A stretch of 64,000 nucleotides of DNA from assembly GCA_951406725.2 (NCBI GenBank), contig OX597816.1, forward strand, positions 127,658,001 through 127,722,000, written 5' to 3'. Position numbers and translations under genes: made by a program. The notes below the pieces were generated by a model. That model did not search any database and had not been told where the DNA came from. It saw only the letters and a program-made list of their open reading frames with translations. Numbering within the stretch: the first letter of the stretch is position 1; every line of letters begins with the position of its first letter. Shown here piece by piece: positions 27,603-40,850 of this stretch. The stretch is from Octopus vulgaris (taxonomy: Eukaryota).

Positions 27603-27823
27603 CCCTCTAGCATTCATATTACTCTGTCAAATTTAATGCTTATTTATTCACATTATTTTGAATTAGTCATGCATTATCTCATACCTTTGAGATTTCGATA
27701 GTGGGATTGTTTTATTTTTAGAATTGCATTGTAGGCTAGGTATAAGAAGCCAAATCTGACTCATTTGAACATAAAACAAATAGAATATTAGGGCTGGATA
27801 TGACTGGTTTGAATGTTAAAGGA
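27603..27823. mobile_element. piggyBac-type MITE
   Basis: TTAA|ccctctagcattca ... tgaatgttaaagga|TTAA: imperfect TIRs (11/14) with a TTAA target duplication. Confidence 0.7.
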
Positions 27824-28979
27824 TTAATGTACTGGAAGTAATAGCATAGAGCTTAGGATTAATGTTTTCTTCATCAACCATTGAATGTCCACACTAAGCA
27901 TATATTTTCATTCTTTGTCTTTCCATTTTACTTATTTTCACTTTTATTTAATTGATGATGATGATGAATTTATTTTCATTTTGTATACTTTTCCTAATTA
28001 CCAAAGAATAACTTCTACGTAGTTCTATTTTAAGCAATATTTTTATCTTTTCCTCACAGAAATTGCTTGATTTATTCTAATTATACTAATTTGTATGTTT
28101 CATATGAAATAAATTTCGCCTTGAAGATTGTAATTTAATTTATTAAATGGACTTAGAAAAAACATTATATTTATCTTTTATTTTCCTTACTTAAACAAAT
28201 GTATATATAATTTACTGCTAATTTGTTGATTAACAAATCTTAAAGAAGTTCATTTTTCAAAAAAATATATAAATCTAAAAGTACCACTTCATTTGGATGA
28301 ATTATGGGAAATTATGTTTAAGTTAATAATTTATTTCAAATTTTCTCTGGAAAAAAATTGCTGTTAAACTTTGAGAAATGATTAGGGAAAATTTTCATTC
28401 ATATGTTGTTGCATTTTTTGTAAAATACTTTTTTAAATTAATTTATTAAGAAAATGAAATCAGTTTGAAGTATTAGCTGCCATTTATTAGCTGAACAATA
28501 CATTCTTGCATATTAGTTAATCCAGAAAACAGTAAATGACTTTCTATTATTTAACTATGTGCTCCATTACTTTCATTTTTACTCTGGTCATTTCACTAAT
28601 GTCCAGTTGTAAACTGTTGTTAATTGTTTAGACCAGAGGTTCTCTACCACAGTGTCATGGGCTATTACTGTCCATATATATTGGAAACTAATCAACTTCC
28701 TCAGTTTATGCCCACACAATTGTCTGTAGATGTTATCTTGTCATACCTAGTAAGGAAGTTTAAAGTTATTGCTACTTTACCATTGTTTTTTGTTGTTTTT
28801 CCTTCCCTTTTTTTTCACTTCAAAAATTGTGTTGGTAAACTAAATATTACCTGAAATGAAATAACTTTCTCAAGTAGTTAGAAAAAATACAAAATGAAAA
28901 AAATAGTTGTAGTTTAGCTTTGATCTATGGAGTTGATCTATGGTCAAAAGCATTCCACTGGTGACTTTCTTATTTTGTA

Positions 28980-30162
28980 CAGGGTGCGTCAGGTATTTGA
29001 GGACATGCTTTTTTTGAGTCATTGCTGTATTTTTTGCTAACTCTGTATAATTTTTGTTTCAGAAAATAGTAATGGCAGACCCTCAGCTTACTAAAGAAAT
29101 GAAGAGGCATGCTGTTATTGTGGTTATAAAGGCTGAGCATAGTGATTTAGAAATATCTCGAGTTTTAAAAAATTGCTAGATCTTTCGTTTACAAAGTTTG
29201 TAAGGAGTTAGAGACTGAAGTTGAAAAAGTATTACCAGTATCAAAGCACAAAAAGCATTATAAAGGTTCTGAAATCATCAGAACACATGAATTTATCCAG
29301 CAAGTTCAACAGACCATTGATTACAATCCCAGGAAGTCCATGAGGTCAAGTGCAAAAGATCTCCATATGTCAGAAGGAAGAGTCAGAAATGTTGTCCACG
29401 AAGGCATCAGATATAAGTCTTATATGATGAGGAAATGTCATTTTGCCTCAAAAAGCGAAAGAAAATCACTTCATCAGATCTAAAAGGCTCTTAAACAAAC
29501 TGAAAAATCCAGCAGAAGATTTGATTTGGTTTTTCTCAAACGAATAAAACTTCGAGCGAGATCAAAAAGTTAAGAGAAGAAATGACAGATGGTTATATGC
29601 AGACCCTTCTGAAGTTCCAAGTGTTATGCATACAAAATTTCCTGCAACTGTCATGGTTTAGGAGTTGTCAGCAATGAAGGACATGTGATGTCTCCTTACT
29701 TCTATCTACAAGGCCTACATTGAGGTCCTGGAAATAATTGTTGAGCCCTGGATAGACAGTGTATGCAATGGAAGCCCATATGTGTTTCAGTAAGACTCTG
29801 AACTTTCACACATGAATCTAGTAACACAGGAATGGATGGTTGAAAATTTTCATGATCACATAACCCCTAACATTTGGCTTCCTAATTCCTCAGATCTTGA
29901 TCCATTGGAGTATTACATGTGGAGTGTTGTTGAGAGAGAGGTCACTGAACATGCCCACAACACCAAAGATTCTATGAAAGCTGCCATAGTCAGAGTAATG
30001 TCCAAAATGAACCAGGATCACTTGATTCGAGCATGTAGATGATTTAGATCTCGTATAGCAGCAGCTGTTGAAGCATTTTTTGATAACTAAAGTTGTTATC
30101 TGTTATTATATATCTGTTTTTTTATAAACATAAATCAGTCCTCAAATATCTTGCACACCCTG
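28980..30162 (+). mobile_element. Tc1/mariner-superfamily transposon, DD37D (maT) type, degenerate
   Basis: TA TSDs and 25-bp TIRs starting CAGGGTG (21/25 match). Broken transposase from ATG 29072 with FQ*DS...WLPNSSDLDPLEYYMW, 37 residues between the second and third acidic positions. Confidence 0.88.
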
Positions 30163-30641
30163 TATATATAAGACTACATCAGCCGATGTGGCCTTTTCAT
30201 TTTCTGAGAGAGTAAGGAGATTTGGCTGTTATTTCTAGTGGGTTGATTAATTATTCAGGAGGTTTTTTGGTACCACATTAAAAATCTGTGGTAGAAAATA
30301 AAATGACATTTATATCATGCGTAACCAAGCTGTAACTGAATATCTACCTCATTTCCAGTTGTAATTTTCAGATATGACTTTTAGCAACTTATCTTCAACT
30401 GAGAGATAAGCTCCTAGTCACTGCATATATCCTGATGATTACACTTTGGAAAAGTATGAATTAACTTATTTTCCTTTCCTTTTCTGCTTATAAATCTGTG
30501 CACTTAAGCCTTAATCAGAAATTGAAATGTTATCATAATTTATGAAAATTTCAAAACATTTTAATTTCAAGTGTTAATTTACTTTGTTAAGGTGTTAGAA
30601 ATATATATATATATACATATATATATATAATTGAAAACATC

Positions 30642-31028
30642 TGGAGTCAGCAGGAGGGAGTATGGATGGACACTTATTTTTCAATCACTACAATTGTTTC
30701 TATGCAACATGGAGTGCAAGTAATTGATTATGCAACTGTTTCCCTGCATTATGAGATCTAGTTGTGTTTTCTCAGGTGACATGTAAATATTGTCTCTGTA
30801 AGTTCAAATTCTCAACTTTAAGAACATCCTCTCTGTCTGTTGTGGCCTGAATTTAGTTATAGTCACTGAGACAATATTTACATATCTCCTGAGGAAACAC
30901 AACTAGATCTCATAGTGCAGGGAAATGGTTGCATAATGGAGTACCTGCATGTCTGGAGAACTATGTTGCATAGAAACAATTGTATTGACTGAAAAATAAA
31001 TGTCCAACAGTACTCTTTGTTGACTCCA
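30642..31028. repeat. Inverted repeat (~155-bp arms), probably Penelope-like pLTR-derived, with decayed hammerhead motifs
   Basis: Arms 30642-~30796 and ~30868-31028 are reverse complements. Each carries CTGAG(G/A)A...GAAACAATTGTA. Confidence 0.75.
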
Positions 31029-33092
31029 AATTTTTTTCCATTGTCTTTTCACACATGACATATGCCCAAATGCAAGCCTAGAAGTATGTATAATACTGGA
31101 TAGCACAGGGTGAAATGTTAAGGTGGATGAGCTTTATACTGTACTCTACTATATTCTTAACAGAATATACCATAACTATATATATATATGTGATATATAT
31201 ATATATAATTTAACTTTCTGATACTAAGCTGCTATTCATTTCAGTATTGTTTCAGTTGTTAATATTTCAATAATTTTTAGAAATCCATCATATATCTTTA
31301 GTTTTTAAATCGAATTTTTGTTACATACTAATGAATCAAATTAAATCTCTTGAGATTATCAAAGACTTTCAAGATTTTGCTGTCGTTTTATTTTGCTTTT
31401 TCTATTTTGAATGATGATAATGCTTATGATGATGGTAGATCAAAATGATACTTGTTGAAAATGATCAAATAATTAAAGTAAAATTTTCATCAAATAAGGC
31501 TGCTTTTTAAAAAAAAATTCACATTGTGTAATTAAATTGCACAACTTTCAATTGAATTGGTTGTAACTTTATCATCAAATGTGTATATATAAATAAGAAT
31601 GATATAGTAATATATGTGCAACAGTCATTTGTTCTTAGATATGACATGAAGCATTGTTGTGTGTGCACATGCATATATTAATATATTGATTCTTACTAGG
31701 TAGAAGTAGACAGCAACTTTGAAGTTTCCTTTCAGTTGCCTTCATTAGACAGTGTGAAGCAAAGCATCTGAGGTGAAACTCTGAAGTTCTGTCAACTATT
31801 TTCCCTGTAAAAGTAAATGTAATACTCAACTTAAGTGTATCAAGCCATTCTTCAGATAGTGTTTGACTACTTTTGTAAATAATTATACATTTAGACACAC
31901 ACATGCTTAGTTACATAAGTGCATGGGAGAGTAGCTTTCTAGGTACAATCCCATGGTCTGTGTCGTGACTGAAGGGGGTCTCAGAATTGAAACGTTAATA
32001 TCCTGTATAAAAGTACTGAGAATGGGGAACGTGTGTATGTGTGTGTGTTTGTACGTTCATGTATTTTTGGGATTTGTAACCTTGGCTTCTTTTGCATCAC
32101 AGTTTCATACATTCCACTGAAAAACTAAATGCATTTGACAAAATGCTCTTGTAACAGAAAACAGTATCTCTTAGTACTCCAAACTTCTGCTTCTCATTGA
32201 AATATATAAGATTACCTATTATCTGTGTGAGAGTATTTAATAATGTTAATTGACTATTCAAGCAGAAAAGGTTGTTTTTAAATCAATAATAACATTGTGA
32301 ATTCATACATGTTTTCCTATAAAATAGGGCAGCATGCTGAGAAAGAATGCTTGGGTAAGTTGAACAGTGCATGCTCAGCAGACATTATTGTCTGAGCTAT
32401 TAGTTTAATTTGGATGTAATGAGGGCAAAAAGACTGATGCATTGAATGTCACCAGACAAGGCTTTTATAATACAATTTAGTGCTTCACTTACTGTTTTAT
32501 GAGAGAGACTTGGTCTTTATTTATTACCAGAAAATTTGTGTAAACAAGTGAGATTTATCTAAAATTTTAATTGCACAGGGTATCTTGAAGTGCAATTACA
32601 AATTTGTTTACTGCATCTTTTTTTTTTTGTATTATAAGCACTGAATTGGTAGGAAATCAGAATCAATGATTTTCAGAGAGTTTTAGAAGGATCATTAGTT
32701 GAGGAAATTTTTGTTTCATGAAAAGATGTGCATAAAAGTAGTCAAAAGAAATTTGGTTGTAAAAAAAAAAATGTAAATAATGTGCTTAATGGGTATTGAT
32801 CCATAAAATTTCTCTATGAGCTGATTATATTCTTTTAATTGAAATAGGTATCTTAAAGTTTTTGAAAATAGAAAATCTAAAAAAAAGAAAGAAAAACAAG
32901 AAAACAGTGTCTTATTACACTTTGAGGAGAAACTATATTGCACTGATGTTTTTGCAAATATAAATAACCACTGGTAACATCTGCAAGTATTAGGGCTTAT
33001 CAGAAAAAATAAACTGCTATTGTGTAAACTGTAAGAAATACAAAATCTTTCATTGTTTGATAATTTCATTATTTGAAAAAACTATTATTATT

Positions 33093-34190
33093 AGGCAGCA
33101 AACTGGCAGAATTGATAGTACACCAGACAATATGCTTCAGGAATTTCATCTGTCTTTTCATTTCTGAGTTCAAATGCTGCCAGGGTTGACTTTGCCTTTC
33201 ATCCTTTCGGGGGTTGATAAAATAAGTACCAGTTGAGTACTGGTGTTGATGTAACCAACTTACCCTCTCCCCTGAATTTGCTGGGCTTATGCCAAAAATT
33301 GAAACCATTATTACTATTATTATTATCATTATTATTAGCATTGATATTATGTGATGAGCTGGCAGAGTCGTTAGCATGGTGGGCAAAATGGTTAGCAGTA
33401 TTTCATCTCGCTTCATGTTCTGAGTTCCAATTCTGCCAAAGTTGACTTTTATTTTCATCCCTTGGTGGTGGTGGGGGGGGTGGAGACGATAAAATAAATA
33501 CTAGTTGTACTGGGGTCAATGTAATCAATTTATCCCCTCCTGCGAACTTGCTGGCCTTGTGCCAAAATTTGAAATGATTATTATCATCAAGGTGGTGATA
33601 TGGCAGAATCATTAGCAAGCCAGACAAAATTTTTAGCAGGATTTTGTTCATCATTATGTTCTGAGTTTAAATTCTGCTGAGATTGACTTTGCCTTTTGTC
33701 CTTTCAAGGTCAATAAAATAAGTATCAGCCAACTACTGAGTCAGTGTAATGAAGTAGCCTTCTCCCCGCAAATTTCACACCTTGTGCCTATAGCACAGAG
33801 GATTATTATTATTGAAAGAAGTGCACTGGTAGATGTGTTAGCATGCCAGACAAAATGTTATGCGGCATTTGTTCCAGCATCACGTTCTGGGTCCAAATTC
33901 CATTTAGGTTGACCTTGCTTTTCATCATTTCAGGGTTGATAAAATAAATCCTAGTTCAGCATTGGGGTCGATGTAATTGACTCTGCCTCTCCCCTGAGAA
34001 TTTGAAACCATTATTGTTATGTAAAGTAGTGAGCGAGCAGATCATTAGCATGTCAGACAAAATCCTTGTCTGTCTTCATGTTTTGCCTTCAAATTCTGCT
34101 GAGGTTGATTTTAGTCTTTTGTCTATTCAGAAATTCAGCTAGAACCCCTCCCACCAAAATTTCGGGCCTTGTGCATATAGTAGAATGAAT
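33093..34190 (+). mobile_element. Head-to-tail array of five SINE copies (family C, Nin-domain-like core)
   Basis: Repeated ggcagaatcgttagc...ctgagttcaaattc...gactttgcctttcatcctttcggggttgataaaataagtaccag units separated by (ATT)n. Confidence 0.85.
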
Positions 34191-36234
34191 TAATATTTTT
34201 AATCTTGTTTGTTCTACAATATTATCTTGTAGTGAAGAGCTTGTTTGTCTTAAGGCCTTTAAAGAAATTATGATCAGGATCTTGGTTCCAGGCTGGTTGA
34301 ATCAAGTCAAGCGTATTTTAGATTAGTGGTCTGAAAACTCAGCAAATGTTTCCTCTAATGTTTAGCATGATGCTGACAACTCTACTCCTTAAAAACAATG
34401 TTATATGAAGTATAGCACAGTAAGCACAGTCTTGGTAAGATGTCCTTTATAAAGTATTTACATACTTATTGCAAGAAGAATAATACTTTATGGTCAGGAA
34501 TCTTTGCCTTGATCCTTATAGTTCAGTAGAAACTTTCATCCACCTTCAAACAGGATAATAAAGTGACTTGTTTCTGAAGGTTTAGGAAACAGCTGGCCTT
34601 TTCTATTAATGGATTCACTGACTTAAGAAGGTATTTGCTTGATATTACTCATTGATCTGCTTTCTTACAGACCATATTGACTTTAAGTTATAGAATTATC
34701 TATATGTTTCAACTGTTGCTTGATTTAAACAAGCTGCTGCTGTTGTAATTTCCAAACATGCAGCCATAGTTGCCAGTAGTTTGGTGAGGAATGAGTTTAA
34801 TGAAGTCAGTAATATGTGGAAGAGTATCAGAAAAGCTTAAAATAATTAAAATATTATGTAACATTAATGTTTGGAATCTATTCTTAGTATTATGGCATTT
34901 AGCATATTTAATGGCTTTATACTTTCTTTATCTTCATTAGACTTTGTTTTTACTTAAACTCTGAGTGTTCTTTATATCGTATTCAAAATTTCTTAATCTC
35001 TGACTAGGAGTTTCATTTTCAGAACTTCAGTTAATATTTAGGTGTGGATATGCAAGTTACACGAATATGATAATCATATAACTTTCATTTAGGATTTAAA
35101 ACTCATATACACACACATAGTTTTTATGATTGAATAGTCTTATAAAGTTAAATAAATTACTTCAAATTTTAGATCTTAAACGAAAATTTGCAAATTAATC
35201 TGGATACAGCTAATTGCTTATATGTATATATGAAAATGTTACTACACTAGATTCATGTCTGCATCTACAATTTAACTACTGGTTCAGATATTTCATATTA
35301 AACAATTATATGTATTTCAAGCTTCTATGTCTGGCCATTGAAGGATGGGATTCATTAAGTGGGCTTTATCATTTTTACAACACTGATAGCAAAGTCTTCA
35401 GCAGTTCGCAGTTCTTCAACAACCTGACAAAAGCTACTGGCTATTTTCAGTTATATCTTTGAAACCTGCATTCTGGTAATGGAACAGTCAGTATGCCTTA
35501 ATTATCATACTCATAACTTTTTTAGATAATTATATAGTTTCTTTTATTCTTTCGTCTTATTAATTTGCAGCCAAAGTGAATGATAGATGTGAGACATCAT
35601 TAAGGACAACACAACTAGATTATTACTTTCTCCTTGCACTCTATTGGCTTTATGATGATTGTTCCTCAATAGAAATAAATAAATGTGGTGCCATAATTTT
35701 CTTACTCAGCTAACATCGATTATTGAGGAGTTAAATAGTGGCTTTTCTTTAACTTAGCCTTTACTATTTTACCTAACATTTTTTCCATGGAGAAGGACTT
35801 TAGCTGCAAAATCTTCTATAATATCACTCACTAACTAGTTAAATTTAAATTGTTTTTGCATCTATGTTGCTTCTGATTCTGACTGAAACTACTATTACTG
35901 TAATATTGCTATTAAAACAGCTCACTTTTTTAATCTATACATTTGCTAAATTAATTATTTATTTTTTCATTTCTAGATATAAATCTCTCTTATGAAGATT
36001 AGTTATGATTTTCCAAAAATCATTTTACATTGGAAACCAATGAAACTAGCTTTAGAAGTTTTGTCTATGAAACTAGAGTCTAGTATATTTTGTATGTTAT
36101 TATTTGGAAAACCAAGAATGATTTCAATGGTTTTATGACTATTATGAACACAGTGATAATATTGTAATTATGGATTTGTCTTTTAGAAATACAAATATGT
36201 AATTTCTACTGAAGTTAATATATTGATGTAATTA

Positions 36235-36447
36235 AGGTGGTCTGAGGCAGAGTCATTAGCATGCTAGGCAAAATGCTTAGTGGCATTTCATCCATCTTTT
36301 AATTCTGTGTTCAAATCTTGCTGAGGTCTACTTCATCTTTCATCCTTTCAGGGTCAATAAAATAGGTACCAGCTGAGCACTAGGATTGATGTAGTCAACT
36401 TTACCCCTCCCTCAAAGTTGCTGGTCTTGTGCCAAAATTTGAAACCA
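36235..36447 (+). mobile_element. SINE family C
   Basis: Same unit as in the 33093-34190 array. Confidence 0.8.
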
Positions 36448-37779
36448 ATATATTGATGCCAGTTTTTATGCAATGAAAAGTATAAAGTTAGCTTTGTTGT
36501 ATTTTTCATATTAGAAGTGTAACAGTGCAGGTGAAAGTCTGTTCATTAATTACTAAAGAATTCTAACTTCAGTGTAGTAATTCAGCTGGATACTATAATA
36601 CAAAATATATTTTTATAATTTCATGTTAAAAGAAAAAAAAAAAAAAATTTTATTCTGATACTTATAATTATTATTTTTTCACTCTTACTTAGTGGGTTAC
36701 AAATGACCAAATCGGATTTAATGAGATTTAAATGTCAGGAAAATATTACCCTGGTCACTTGATCAAGTATTTTCCTGCATTATTCCAGGTGAATAAACAA
36801 GTAGGATAATGCATACTTTTATTTTGTTGAAACTATTGCTTAAGTAAAAATAAGTGCTTGAAATGTTTGGAAAGTGTTTTTATAAATCTTTACCTAACAA
36901 TGGCTTAACATCCTAACAGAGTCAATAATGAGTGGATTAGCTTAAAATATATACATCATTTACTTGCTAATCCTCTACTTGTTGCTTGAATAGATTAATG
37001 ATTTCATGATACCATATGATTGTAAGCTTTATTTAGATCACTGTGATAAATGTTCATATTGCATTGTAAACATTATTACAACTGTACATATTTGCTGATT
37101 TTTCTTTTATTCTTTTGGCATTCATCTTAATCAGCTCATTCTTTTGTAAATTATTAATACATATTTAGTATTTTAAATTGTTGATTAGTAGAACAAATAT
37201 AATTTCAGAAAACAATTTTTTTCCCGTGAGAGCTAGATGCATTTAATAATTTTGAATAATTCAATAGAACTTTATAAAAGTTTTTATTTTAATTCTTTGG
37301 ATAGTTAAAAAAATAATTATATGTATTTAATATGGTTGATATTCCATTGAAATGAGGAGGCTGAGGTTTGGACAAAAATTTGTATTTGAGAAACCCTAGT
37401 CAGCTCAGTTTGAAGTAACTTACAGTATAAGGAAAGCTGGTCAGGTGCTCAGCAGTAAATCATGGATTCATCACCCTATGTATGGCAGATGTAAGGTGCT
37501 TAGGATAGTTGGTTTCAGTTTAACTCTCTTTGAACTGGAATTTTATCTGTTGACACCTTATCTTCTATTTTTATTGTTCATAAATATTTCAAGATATCTT
37601 GAAAATATTATTCTTTAAAAGGAAAAGAGATTGTGCTCTCTTTTATAATAATAAAGTTTTAACAATAAAATGTAAATAAAATGTGATGAAAGGAGATAGC
37701 TAGTTACAGCACTATGATTTTAATTTTGTTTTATATGTGAAGAGCAAAATTAAATACATTTATAAAAACTTAAACATAA

Positions 37780-38108
37780 GTGCAGGTGTAGCTGTGTGTT
37801 AAGAAGCTTGCTTTCCAACCACATGGTTCCAGGTTCAATCCTGAATGTCACCTTGGGTAAGTGTCTTCTATTATAGCCCTGGGCCGACCAAAGCTTTGTG
37901 AGTGGATTTGGTAGATGAAAACTCAAAGAAGCCCATCTTGTATATATTTATATGTTCTCCCATCATCACTGACAACCAATGTTGGTATGTTTGCGTCCCC
38001 ATTACTTGGTAATTTGGTGAAAGAGACTGATAGAATAAGTACTAGACTTACAAAGAATAAGATCTGGGGTTGATTTAGTTGCAATCAAATGAGTGGAATG
38101 TGTAAAAG
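37780..38108 (+). mobile_element. tRNA-derived SINE family A
   Basis: Head gcaggtgtagctgtgtgttaagaagcttgc...ggttcaatcc. Body aaagctttgtgagtggatttggtag. Confidence 0.82.
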
Positions 38109-39240
38109 AGTGTACAAAAACAAAGTATCAAAGTCTATGATCCATTGGAGACTTCAATGACGATCTTTATCAAAGTCAACTTAACCTGAAACTGAGTTAC
38201 TTTCTCAAAAGGTGTTGGCTTCTTTACTGTAAACTGATGGTGCTAGTTCATTTTGACAAGTTGTTCTTGTTTACTGCAAAATAGATGAGCAATTTATGAG
38301 TTGTCTTGACCACACATATAATAGAATAACATCTGAGCCACTGACCTACCAACTGATTGTCCAGCCTTCCATTGATTCAGTTATCCATACAAGTAATAAA
38401 GAAACTAGAATATACATAATTCATTTTAATGGTAGCAAAAGGTTGGCGCTATAAGAAAATTTCCTCTTCCGAAGGTGTTTAATAAATACTTAAGAATGAT
38501 GTAAAAAGAAGCAATGTTCATTCTCAAAGTAGTCTTTATTCATCTGGAATGAACACTGTGAATAGTTTGGAAATGCTCTAAATTAAAATTCTTTTTTGTA
38601 GCTTTGGTTAAGAAATAATTCTATAAGTTTATGCTTAAAAGATAGGATTCTGAGACTAAAGAAATAGATTTAACATGTGTACAATGGAAAATCTTTTATA
38701 TAAAATTAAAGCTAGATAATACTTTTCTTTCACTGAAAAACTAATATATTTGATTTGTATTTTAGTTTAAGATTATGCAGCTTTACATGAAGTAAGCTGG
38801 CTGAGTGGTTAATATTGCTAATCACTCATGGTTTAAATTCTGCCAATTATTTGTTACTAATTAGATAAGCAACTCACATGAGCTTTGCAACCTCAACCCC
38901 CATGCCTATGCTGACAAATGCACTCGGTGTTAATATTCACGGAGGAACAAGATAACATGGAAATTTCTAGCCCTCAGGAGAAATGATTTGGGAAAGTATT
39001 AAGTTTGGTGTTTGTGGGATGAGACATAGCAAGAATCAAGCAAGGAGAGGCAGGTACTTTGGGATGGACTGGAATATAGTTGGCATGTAGCCTGCCAGTT
39101 CAGAAAATCAGAAACCATTGTAGAAAATACTTCTGCCAAACCATAGTTAAAAACTTTGCTGATATTATGACTAACAATAAAGGCCCTTCACAAAGTTTTT
39201 CCATTTCATTATATTAGGAATAAGCATATTATACTCTATT

Positions 39241-39633
39241 ACTCTTTTACTTGTTTCAGTCATTTGACTGCGGCCATGCTGGAGCACCGCCTTTAATCGA
39301 GCAACTCGACCCCGGGACATATACTTTTGTAAGCCCAGTACTTATTCTATCGGTCTCTTTTGCCGAACTGCTAAGTAACGGGGACATAAACACACCAGCA
39401 TTGGTTGTCAAGCAATGTTAGGGGGACAAACACAGACACATAAACACACACGCGCATATATATACATATATACGACGGGCTTCTTTCAGTTTCCGTCTAC
39501 CAAATCCACTCACAAGGCTTTGGTTGGCCCGAGGCTATAGTAGAAGACACTTGTCCAATGTGCCACGCAGTGGGACTGAACCCGGAACCATGTGGTTGGT
39601 AAACAAGCTACTTACCACACAGCCACTCCTGGC
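39241..39633 (-). mobile_element. tRNA-derived SINE family A, well preserved
   Basis: Head ggagtggctgtgtggtaag...ggttcagtccc, internal TA/TG microsatellite, LINE-like tail ggcggtgctccagcatggccgcagtcaaatgactgaaac. Confidence 0.9.
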
Positions 39634-40458
39634 ATAATATAGTTGAGCAATAATAGAGGATTAACCAATAAATGATGTATGTACTTGAAGCTAATCCACT
39701 CATTATTGACTCTGTTAAAATGTGAGACCATTTATAAAAAACACTTTGCAAATATTTCAAACATTCATTTTTACTGGAGCAATTGATGTTAGAATTGGCT
39801 GAGCACCAAAGTATTTAGTTACATCCTTTTAAATTCTGAGTTCAAATTCCATCCATGTTGGCTTCATATTTTATCACCCAAAGGTCTATAAAACAAATAT
39901 CAAGCTAATACTGGGAGTAATTTTGTTGACTATACTTCTTGACAGTTGCACCTCAATCTGGCCACAGTCTAACAAATCTGTAAAAAAAATAAGAGCAAAA
40001 AGAACATTTGATTGATTCGTTACTAACTTCAGAAAGTGGTATGATATTCGAGAAGATATTTTTTAATAAAATATTTGCCTTATTTCATCTGCAATCTCAA
40101 CAAATCTTTGTTACTCGCTATATTTTGAAAATAAATAATTGAAAAGGATTATCATATTAGAATTTTTATATTTTTGCTCAATGATTTTTCTGGTATAAGT
40201 TAACTGGTTTATACTCAGAAATTGGTATCACTTGATTTTATCATCTCTTATTTTCTTGTTACCAGACAAGATTATGTGTTGCAAATTGTTTTGAGTGTTC
40301 ATTTTGAAATTTAAATTATCTGTGTAAACTTGAACTACAATACTGTTGCATAGATGTTGTGGTTAGATAGTGTCTGGAATAATCCCAGGTGAGCTTTTTT
40401 TTTGCATTTATTGACATTTCAGCAACATTTAATATCTTATGCTTTTATAGATGAGAGA

Positions 40459-40850
40459 GTGCAGATATGGCTTCCTAACCATATGGTTTTCATGTACAAT
40501 TCCAATGCATGGAATCTTGAGCAAGTGTTATCTGTTATAACACCAGGCCAACCAAAGCCTTGTGAGTAAATTTCATAGACAGAAACTGAAAAAAACCCAT
40601 CAGATGTGTGTGTGTGTGTTTGTGTATGCGTGTAACTGTCTCATTGATCTTGACATCTCAGAGTTATAAACAAGCATTGTCCATTATTCAAGTTAAGTCC
40701 TTTGTTTCCAATTTTCTATGAAAACATGTCTAGTCATGGGGAAAATATTACCTTATTTGGAAACAGGGGAAAATTGGTGGCAGGAAGAGTATCAGGCTGT
40801 AAAAAACATGTCTCAATGAATTCCAACTGACATTTGTGACTGGAAAGTGT
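40459..40850 (+). mobile_element. SINE with family A head and an RTE-like tail, degenerate
   Basis: caaccaaagccttgtgagtaaatttcatagacagaaactgaa, then ggcaggaagagtatcaggctgtaaaaa. Confidence 0.7.

Noticed and set aside
33093-34190. Repeat-spacer pattern suggesting a CRISPR array
   Set aside because: Units are ~200-bp diverged SINEs also found dispersed, the context is eukaryotic and no cas genes are present.
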